From the IMG/VR virus record IMGVR_UViG_3300027769_000039, positions 1-53,645 of that record: a stretch of 53,645 nt of DNA; one strand, given 5' to 3'. This document shows positions 38,071-45,484 of this stretch, piece by piece (the stretch's first letter is position 1; every line of letters begins with the position of its first letter). The DNA is from a virus. Taxonomy: Duplodnaviria > Caudoviricetes. Made by a program: the position numbers and the translations under genes. The notes under the pieces were generated by a model. The model was not told the DNA's origin, ran no database searches, and worked only from the letters and a program-made list of their open reading frames with translations.

Positions 38071-38126
38071 CTAAATAAGTCTATTGTAGAGCTACCTAAA
38101 TATGTATAATATAAGGACTATTTATG
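38071..38126. promoter_or_regulatory. Divergent control region: two plus-strand CTAAATA (38071-38077, 38096-38102), TATAAT (38105-38110), AAGGA Shine-Dalgarno, and minus-strand CATAAATA (38119-38126)
   Basis: Motifs read directly from the sequence; they match the late-promoter-like motifs upstream of structural genes in this window. Confidence 0.5.
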
Positions 38127-38510
38127 CCAACAATAACAAGGGTTACCAGTGGGATGATCGCCCCAGCGCAAGATGTAATACAGACTAGAGTAGACGCTTT
38201 GCGTTCTAGATTTACAGCTGGTAATATAATTCTAGCGTCGGATGTAAATGAACTAAACAGCATTTTTACCCTGTTTGATGACCACTATCACCAGACAGTA
38301 GACTATGCTTTTGAGGCATATGGAAACCTTGGATACACAACATATTATAACACAAATCCAGAAAATACTGGAAGTTTAGTTGCGTCAGAAGTTCAAATTG
38401 TTGCAGGTGAGGTTGCCGTTGGAGATGTAATTACTGCAGAATATCATGACAAACTTAGAATAATGTATGAGGGAGCAGATGCTCATACTCATGCTATCAC
38501 TGATAATTAA
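38124..38510 (+). CDS. Small protein (128 aa) with two G-x-x-I-x-A...HxH modules
   Basis: AGNIILASDVNELNSIFTLFDDHYH and VGDVITAEYHDKLRIMYEGADAHTH; AAGGA Shine-Dalgarno. Confidence 0.8.
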   Translation: MPTITRVTSGMIAPAQDVIQTRVDALRSRFTAGNIILASDVNELNSIFTLFDDHYHQTVDYAFEAYGNLGYTTYYNTNPENTGSLVASEVQIVAGEVAVGDVITAEYHDKLRIMYEGADAHTHAITDN

Positions 38511-38527
38511 GATAAGGTAAACAACTA

Positions 38528-38725
38528 ATGTCTGTTGAACAAAGCATTAATACAAATATCACAGTAACTACTAAAGAAGTTGGTGATGATATTACTCCTG
38601 ACACTTTTTTACAAATGTTAAATATTTTAGAAAATTTAACAGACCATACTCATATCTTTTATGACGATTATGGAACAGCTTGTAACTGTAATTGTGCTTG
38701 CGCATGCGGAAGAGGAATCATATGA
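38528..38725 (+). CDS. Cys-rich peptide (65 aa), candidate radical SAM substrate/precursor
   Basis: VGDDITPDTFLQMLNILENLTDHTH followed by IFYDDYGTACNCNCACACGRGII; AAGG Shine-Dalgarno; ATGA overlap with the next gene. Confidence 0.8.
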   Translation: MSVEQSINTNITVTTKEVGDDITPDTFLQMLNILENLTDHTHIFYDDYGTACNCNCACACGRGII

Positions 38726-39675
38726 AAAACTATTTTTTTATTAAAACAGAACCAACAGTAAATAAAACATGGGCAGATGTATGCGAGGGGTTAAACTCTT
38801 ATTACGCTGGACCAAATCCTGGATTACAAAATACAGATTTGGGTGGATATACTGATCAAGAACAACAAATTTACAGTTATGTTAAGATTGACAGAAAGTT
38901 GGGATTATATAAAACTGAAACTAACACACTGGCAATTGCTGTAACTTCTCCAGTTGTTGGACAAACACTTGGCGTTAGCGAATTAGATCTAGAACTAATT
39001 AAAGAAAAATTAGACTCTGGTGTTAAGACTGTTTATTTCGGTTACCTATTTACTACAGAGTCAGTTACTCAACTGCAAGTTGTAGATAACTCTGTGTACT
39101 TCGGAAGAAATCCAATCGACAATGTTCTTACCAATTTTAATGACAACACTCCGATAGAAGGTAATGTATCTTCTGCTGTCTGGATGGCATTTTACAAAAT
39201 TAAAGATAGCAATGTATATTTTGTTGTATTAAATGATACTTTAGTAGACTCTACTGTAGTTCGCGACTCAGTTTCTGAAGCTGATTTAAAAACTGAAGAT
39301 AATATTATTGAGTTTGTAAATAGTCATGATGGTGGATTTAAAGATTCAGTATTTAAACCAACTATTACTGGCGGAACTTTTATTGGTAAAAATATTATAG
39401 TTACCAGCGAAAACGAATTAACACTAGATGTTTTTGGTCGTTCTGCATTTCATATGATTAATGCTGGTGTAACTGTTAAAGATGCCGATCTTCCTGAGAT
39501 AGATCTTTTGGTAGAATCGTCTGCAGAAATTGAAGTAAACAAAAATAAAATTTCTATAACAATCTCTGATCCAATATCTACTTTGCAATATAAGTGGAAT
39601 ACTGGTTCTGAACTTGACTTTATTTTGTCTGAAGAAAATAAATTACAATACGATTTTGTTATACTTAAAGTATAA
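38722..39675 (+). CDS. Hypothetical protein (317 aa; start reassigned to MKNYFF at 38722)
   Basis: GAGGA Shine-Dalgarno and ATGA coupling to the peptide's stop codon; beta-rich, no recognised motif. Confidence 0.75.
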   Translation: MKNYFFIKTEPTVNKTWADVCEGLNSYYAGPNPGLQNTDLGGYTDQEQQIYSYVKIDRKLGLYKTETNTLAIAVTSPVVGQTLGVSELDLELIKEKLDSGVKTVYFGYLFTTESVTQLQVVDNSVYFGRNPIDNVLTNFNDNTPIEGNVSSAVWMAFYKIKDSNVYFVVLNDTLVDSTVVRDSVSEADLKTEDNIIEFVNSHDGGFKDSVFKPTITGGTFIGKNIIVTSENELTLDVFGRSAFHMINAGVTVKDADLPEIDLLVESSAEIEVNKNKISITISDPISTLQYKWNTGSELDFILSEENKLQYDFVILKV

Positions 39676-39698
39676 TCTTTTCTCATCATTATTATGGA

Positions 39699-41423
39699 AT
39701 GAATATGTTAGAACAACCAATCGTATTTCATCGTAAGTTAAGTGTATCTCAAGCCAAAAGAATCAATGAAGACCACAAAGCATCAGTTATAGTTGATGAT
39801 ACTGGAAAATTTGATTATCTTACAGAAAACATAGTTACCCCAAAGGGTTTAACTAAACAAAATAAAAAAATATCAATACTGCCTTCTCCAGAGGAGAGGG
39901 TAGTTTCATTTAAAGATGCTGATTATTTGTTTAGCGAACTTGGTCAAATGAATGTTATCTTAACAAATGCCTGCAATCTTTCTTGCACATATTGTTATGA
40001 ACAACACAACAAAGACTTTGGTAGATTTACCGAAGAATCCCTACTACAAGCATACAACTTTTTACTAAACAATTCTTTAGTAGAACGCAAACGCATGCAG
40101 TTTTTCGGTGGAGAACCACTAATCCACAAAGATTTAATCTTATCATTCTTAAAAAATAACAAAGATTATTTACAATCAAATGCTGACTGTGGTTGTCAAG
40201 TTATAAACATGATAACAAATGGAATACTCCTTACTCCAGAATTTATGGATGAGTATTTTAATTATACCTTCACATATATGATGATAAGTTTAGACACATT
40301 AAGAGTTGACTTAGACCATCGAGAAATCACTCAAAAACAATTAGATGATATTCTAGGTAAAGTAGAATCGTTACCAGACCATGCGAAAGAAAGAATTCAT
40401 TTTAGATGCACTTTGTCTAGAGAAACTGCACCACATTTTTTAGAATATTGTAAGAAACTAAACGAAATAGGTGTTCGTGCTTTAATTATACATCCACTGA
40501 TTCTAGATTCTCAGCGTGGTTTTATAAAATGGCCAGATGTAGAATGGAACAAATTACATAAAGATATTCTTACTGCATTGGATGTATATCCAAATATGTC
40601 TATATCATTCTCAGAAGGTGTTGGTAGAAAATACGAAAATAATTGCATGATTGGTTCAGACATGATTGCCATAGATGCATCAGGCGATTATTCTGGATGC
40701 TATTTCTTTACAAACCAAAAAGCCAATGGTGCTGATATTGCCATTCTTGGGAATATATTCCAAGATAAACTCTATATTGATCGGTACAAAACTTTCCAAA
40801 ATTTATTTAATGAGATGTTGGAAACCCAAGAACAATGTAGAACATGTAATTACAAAAACGCTTGCTATCAATGCCCAGCTGGAAATCTAGATACTGGTTC
40901 AGCTATGTTTAGACCAGATGACATGTGTCAAAGTATTGTTAAATTGTATCTAGATTTACAAAATGATATTACTAAAAAGAATTATAAAAATAAATTTGGT
41001 CTTCTGTTAAAATCTTGCAAAGAAGAATCAGAAGAACTTGTGTTTACACGAGCATTGATTCATTTAATGTATCGCATGAGCACTAATATCTTTACTACTA
41101 CTGAAGAGATTAACGAACACTTGCATAAATGCAAGCCAGAAAATTTGGCGTATTCGTGGAAACGCATGGTCGAAACTAAACAAAGACCAAAGGCAAAAAC
41201 TGTTGCAGAATTCCTAGAAGAAATTGATCTGTCTGGAGAATTAGATCTTCAATCGTTATACCACTTCTTGACTGTTTCAATTGGTATACCAAAAACTGCA
41301 GATATGGATATGAGCAACTTAGTAGTTCGTGTTGGTTATTTGACTTTACTCCACATGTTAGTATTGAATAAAGAGAGTAAACTTTTTGAAGATTCACCTA
41401 TTGAAAAACTATTTTCTAAATGA
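39699..41423 (+). CDS. Radical SAM/SPASM-domain protein 1 (574 aa)
   Basis: CNLSCTYC, FFGGEPL, ITNGILL; auxiliary cysteines NCMIG...GCYFF...CRTCNYKNACYQCP...MC; N- and C-terminal extensions. Confidence 0.93.
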   Translation: MNMLEQPIVFHRKLSVSQAKRINEDHKASVIVDDTGKFDYLTENIVTPKGLTKQNKKISILPSPEERVVSFKDADYLFSELGQMNVILTNACNLSCTYCYEQHNKDFGRFTEESLLQAYNFLLNNSLVERKRMQFFGGEPLIHKDLILSFLKNNKDYLQSNADCGCQVINMITNGILLTPEFMDEYFNYTFTYMMISLDTLRVDLDHREITQKQLDDILGKVESLPDHAKERIHFRCTLSRETAPHFLEYCKKLNEIGVRALIIHPLILDSQRGFIKWPDVEWNKLHKDILTALDVYPNMSISFSEGVGRKYENNCMIGSDMIAIDASGDYSGCYFFTNQKANGADIAILGNIFQDKLYIDRYKTFQNLFNEMLETQEQCRTCNYKNACYQCPAGNLDTGSAMFRPDDMCQSIVKLYLDLQNDITKKNYKNKFGLLLKSCKEESEELVFTRALIHLMYRMSTNIFTTTEEINEHLHKCKPENLAYSWKRMVETKQRPKAKTVAEFLEEIDLSGELDLQSLYHFLTVSIGIPKTADMDMSNLVVRVGYLTLLHMLVLNKESKLFEDSPIEKLFSK

Positions 41424-42517
41424 ATTATAGTCAAGATCTAAACAATGTAAACACAATCGCAATATACTTAGGAAATACTTGCAATTTTAATTGCACATAT
41501 TGTGATCGGGAGTATATCTCTGAATCTATTGGTGGCCAGAATTTCACAAACCACCATCTAAATCTCCTTACAAACTTTTTTGAACAAATCTATAAAGAGT
41601 CAACTCTCACAATAGATAGAGTCGCATTGCATGGTGGCGAACCATTTTTGTATGTGAAAAGAATGGATCAGATTTTAGAAAGAATTAAACCATATCTCGA
41701 CAAATATAATCTTTATGTTTCTATCACTACAAACGCTTCTCTGGTTTTAAAAGAAAAAGAGTTTGTTAACAAGTGGAGTAAATATATTCGGTTTACATTT
41801 AGTTACGATTTTATCTTCCAGGAAACGAATCGCGAATCTGTTGAAATCCATAAGGTTATTGATTTCTGCAATTCATTGGATATTCCAATTCACTGGCAAT
41901 TTGTAATCCCAGTTACCAATAAAAAAGCATTTAGTTTAGAATTAATTAAAGATATTATAGACAAGGTTCATCGTTGCAAAATTATCAAATCTTTGAATCT
42001 TATTCCACTTCGTCATACCAGAGGTAAAGATAAATTTGAAGTTTATGTTGATGAGTTAGATCTTAAACAATTTTATGATGCATTCATTCGATTCGTTAAT
42101 ACATTATACAATTATAATATTATGGTGTTTATTGATGGCAATTATGGCAAGATAGATAAAAATTATCTTGACCAACACTATAAGATTATACTATCACCTG
42201 ATGGTTTCATTTATCCAGAATATGATTTTTGCGAATACAAAACAACAGAGTTTCAAATTGGTAGATGGACGGATGGATTATCGCCAAATTTTATTCCTAC
42301 CATAAACAAAAAAGAATACACAAACTATAAAGAAAAGTGCAACACTTGTTCTTCCAAAGAAACTTGTGGTTTAAAATATTTGTATTCTATGTTTGACAGA
42401 GAGCCAGCAGTTAAGTGCGAAATGTTCTATAAGATTATAGATACCATGGTCAATTATGTGGCTAAATTGAATAGTAAACCAAACTTCTTAACATGGATTA
42501 ACGATGGCCACAGATAA
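41420..42517 (+). CDS. Radical SAM protein 2 (365 aa) with a degenerate SPASM-like tail
   Basis: CNFNCTYC, LHGGEPFL, ITTNASL; ILSPDGFIYPEYDFC...CNTCSSKETC...KC. Confidence 0.9.
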   Translation: MNYSQDLNNVNTIAIYLGNTCNFNCTYCDREYISESIGGQNFTNHHLNLLTNFFEQIYKESTLTIDRVALHGGEPFLYVKRMDQILERIKPYLDKYNLYVSITTNASLVLKEKEFVNKWSKYIRFTFSYDFIFQETNRESVEIHKVIDFCNSLDIPIHWQFVIPVTNKKAFSLELIKDIIDKVHRCKIIKSLNLIPLRHTRGKDKFEVYVDELDLKQFYDAFIRFVNTLYNYNIMVFIDGNYGKIDKNYLDQHYKIILSPDGFIYPEYDFCEYKTTEFQIGRWTDGLSPNFIPTINKKEYTNYKEKCNTCSSKETCGLKYLYSMFDREPAVKCEMFYKIIDTMVNYVAKLNSKPNFLTWINDGHR

Positions 42518-43616
42518 GCGTCAAATTATTGATGACGAACAAATGAGTTCTCGTGAGTATTTTATACGAAACGACAATTTAAACAGCGTTCACACTGAGT
42601 TATCTTTTTCTATACTAAGAAGATATAACTGTTTTGCTGGCTGTAAAATATGTTACATTGATAAAAATTTTGAAAAAGATAAAGAGAAATTTAGTAGGTT
42701 TATTCCAACTGAAATCCCAAAAGAAATAGAAGATTCTTGGGATACCATATTTAAACATTACAGAATAGTATCAACTATTGATGATCTATATTGGATAAAA
42801 CACAAACAACCAGAGTTATATACTTGGTATAAAAACAATGCATACAGGTTTCACTTTGGAACTCTAACTGACAATTCATTTGTAAGAAATTATGATATTT
42901 TTATGAATGAGTTAATTAGTTACAAAACTTTTCCAGAAGTAACTTTTTCTGATGCATTTTTAGTTAAAGTTAATATTGAGGAAATACTGAATAAACTGAA
43001 TGTTATTCAGAAACGATTTGGAATTAAATTGATGAAATTGGTTCAAACTAATTTAAACTCTCATGAGTGGGAACCTGTAAAGAAGTTTATTGATTGGTCA
43101 AAAACTAATGCAGAAGAGTTTAGCATTCATTACGATTTTACTAAATTTGATACTTTAGACACTGGTCAAAAAGATCAAGAAACTGTATTCGCTACATTTA
43201 ATTCAGAGTTATACAACTTATGTGGCGAAATAGATTATTTGCAATATGACTCTTTCTTTTTAACATTGCCAGAATCAACAGATATTACATCAACTCCTTA
43301 CCATACTATTGAAGACGGATTTAATCCAAAAAAACATCTGTCTGATCATCTAAAAGGAAAGATAACTTTATATGCTAAGTATGCTGAGAAACTAAAATAT
43401 TCAATCAATAAAAATAAACAATTTTATGGATATTTTAAATGGGTTTCAGAAAATTTAATAGTTAATGATGATTATACATATATCCCAATATTATCATTAA
43501 AAAACTTTCATCCTTATTATGAACAACTGCAACAAAATGGATGGACCTCTACCAATGCTGGATTATTACTGACAGGTGCCAAATATGTTAAACCAATTTT
43601 TAATTTTAAATCATGA
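42504..43616 (+). CDS. Divergent radical SAM-like protein 3 (370 aa)
   Basis: N-terminal CFAGCKIC (CxxxCxxC) in the usual position, but no GGE motif and only one further cysteine. Confidence 0.6.
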   Translation: MATDKRQIIDDEQMSSREYFIRNDNLNSVHTELSFSILRRYNCFAGCKICYIDKNFEKDKEKFSRFIPTEIPKEIEDSWDTIFKHYRIVSTIDDLYWIKHKQPELYTWYKNNAYRFHFGTLTDNSFVRNYDIFMNELISYKTFPEVTFSDAFLVKVNIEEILNKLNVIQKRFGIKLMKLVQTNLNSHEWEPVKKFIDWSKTNAEEFSIHYDFTKFDTLDTGQKDQETVFATFNSELYNLCGEIDYLQYDSFFLTLPESTDITSTPYHTIEDGFNPKKHLSDHLKGKITLYAKYAEKLKYSINKNKQFYGYFKWVSENLIVNDDYTYIPILSLKNFHPYYEQLQQNGWTSTNAGLLLTGAKYVKPIFNFKS

Positions 43617-44968
43617 GTGAATATACAATTAGTCTGGCAAGTTTAAAGCGTAAACTAAAACCAGAGCCAGACAAGATACCAATGTTCGATAGAACTCCAG
43701 AGAGTTGGAGTAAGTTCAAAGTTAAAAATACTGGTAGAGTGTTTTATTATTCAAACTACGACAATGGTTTATATGATGCGAATAAAAATGCACTATCAGT
43801 TATTGCTGAGCCAGATGCCGAATATTACGCAACGATTTCTGAAACTAGATCCAGAGTAAAATCAAATAAACCATTTTGGATTAGAATTCTTCTTGGTCAT
43901 GCATGCAATTATTCTTGCTCTTACTGCATGCAAAAAGATATTGGTAATCCCGACGAACGAGAAAAAATTACTACTACTGATTATTTTATTGAACAGTTGG
44001 GTAAACTTGATATGAGTCGTTTGCAAAAAATTGATTTGTGGGGTGGCGAAACATTATTGTACTGGAAAACTATCCAAGAAATTATGAGAAAGTTTGACCG
44101 AGAAGGTCTTGAGTGGTATATTCCAACAAATGGAACTCCGCTTCAAATGAAACATATTGAATTTTTTAAAACATTAAAAAGTAAAGTTGGAATTAGTATT
44201 TCGCATGATGGTCCAGGACACGAAAGACTTCGTGGCGAAGAGTTCTTACATAAGAAGGTTGATGTTTTAAGAGCCATGATTGACAATGATATTCAATTTA
44301 GTTTCAATCCAGTAATCAGTAAAACGAATTATAATTTGTTTGATATTAATAAGTTTTTCTATGACTATTGTGAACAGAATGGTATTGATTACAGTAAAAT
44401 TGGAATTAATTGGATAGTTGGACACAACCATGATTATGAAAATATACACAACTCTGCAGACCATGTAATTGGTGGAGAGTCTTTAGAGAAGTTTGGTGAA
44501 GTTATTCTTGAATATATGGATAAATGTATTGAACAATTTATTCAAGGAAAAGATAATAAGTTATTTAAAAACTCACTATTCACTGGCAGTATGGGAGTTA
44601 TTCCATACACAAAAACATTAAAGCAACAAATACTTCCAACATCTTCCACATCTTGCGGAGTAGATGATGAGGGTGTTTTATCTGTAGATATTAAAGGTAA
44701 TGTCCGCACTTGTCCTCATACTGATGAGTCGTTTATTGGGGGACATTTGGAAGATCTTGAGAATGTTAAACTCAAGAATATTGATTTAGATAGATACGAA
44801 AAACATTGCAAATCTTGCTCAGTCTTTCGTTTGTGTAAATCTAATTGTCCTATTGAAGTTCCTGATGAAGTTTTCTTTAGTAACTGTGCTATTGAAAAAA
44901 CATACCACAGAGCAGTTCAAGAAACTGCATTTAAAATTTTGTTTGGTGGTGAAGTAGAACTAATTTAA
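43613..44968 (+). CDS. Radical SAM/SPASM-domain protein 4 (451 aa)
   Basis: CNYSCSYC, LWGGETLL, PTNGTPL, ISHDGP; SCG...VDIKGNVRTCPH...CKSCSVFRLCKSNCP...NC. Confidence 0.93.
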   Translation: MSEYTISLASLKRKLKPEPDKIPMFDRTPESWSKFKVKNTGRVFYYSNYDNGLYDANKNALSVIAEPDAEYYATISETRSRVKSNKPFWIRILLGHACNYSCSYCMQKDIGNPDEREKITTTDYFIEQLGKLDMSRLQKIDLWGGETLLYWKTIQEIMRKFDREGLEWYIPTNGTPLQMKHIEFFKTLKSKVGISISHDGPGHERLRGEEFLHKKVDVLRAMIDNDIQFSFNPVISKTNYNLFDINKFFYDYCEQNGIDYSKIGINWIVGHNHDYENIHNSADHVIGGESLEKFGEVILEYMDKCIEQFIQGKDNKLFKNSLFTGSMGVIPYTKTLKQQILPTSSTSCGVDDEGVLSVDIKGNVRTCPHTDESFIGGHLEDLENVKLKNIDLDRYEKHCKSCSVFRLCKSNCPIEVPDEVFFSNCAIEKTYHRAVQETAFKILFGGEVELI

Positions 44969-45484
44969 TACTAAATCAAAAGCAATACATTTTCTTGTAA
45001 TGTTGCTAGTATTAGTATCAACCCAGTGATTAATCCAACCTGGAAATATGATAAGATCATTTGTGGATGGCGTAATCATATATCTAGTATCTCCCAACAA
45101 TTTTCCAAATTGATCAGGATTTTCCAAATACAAATTGCCAGAATTTTCTGCTTGTAAATAATATACAGCAGAATATACAACTATCTGTTGGTTGGGATTT
45201 ATATGATTGTGTGAAATAACAGAAGTATTGGGTTTGCTTTCAGAAATCCAATAATTTTGAATTTTAACATTTGAATTAATTGATTTAAATAAAGTATGCA
45301 ATTTGGAAGTTATCTGCATATCTTTATTTGACAAGTCGGTTTCAATTCCACCTATTGTCTCATCAACACCTAAATGTTTTGTTATAGATGATATAGAATT
45401 AAGTTCATCATAACAATTTTTTAATTCTTCATCAGTTAAAAAATTACGAAAGTGCCACAGAGGCACTCCAAACAGTTTATTCAT
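44960..45484 (-). CDS. Putative 2OG-Fe(II) oxygenase (start probably MNKLFGVP at 45484)
   Basis: LFGVPLW, YWI, SHNH, YSAVYYL, LIIFPGWINHWV, RKCIAFD; TAATG coupling to the upstream gene. Confidence 0.85.
   Translation of the reverse strand: MNKLFGVPLWHFRNFLTDEELKNCYDELNSISSITKHLGVDETIGGIETDLSNKDMQITSKLHTLFKSINSNVKIQNYWISESKPNTSVISHNHINPNQQIVVYSAVYYLQAENSGNLYLENPDQFGKLLGDTRYMITPSTNDLIIFPGWINHWVDTNTSNITRKCIAFDLVLN

Noticed and set aside
38692-38721. MCLRMRKRNH N-terminus of the 327-aa ORF
   Set aside because: It overlaps the peptide core in another frame; the ATG at 38722 has a Shine-Dalgarno and ATGA coupling.
39699-44968. Reading the radical SAM genes as NrdG, QueE or MoaA-type housekeeping or DNA-modification enzymes
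   Set aside because: The lengths, SPASM-like cysteine tails, adjacent Cys-rich peptide and absence of partner genes (nrdD, queC/D, folE) fit poorly. Not formally excluded without HMM searches.
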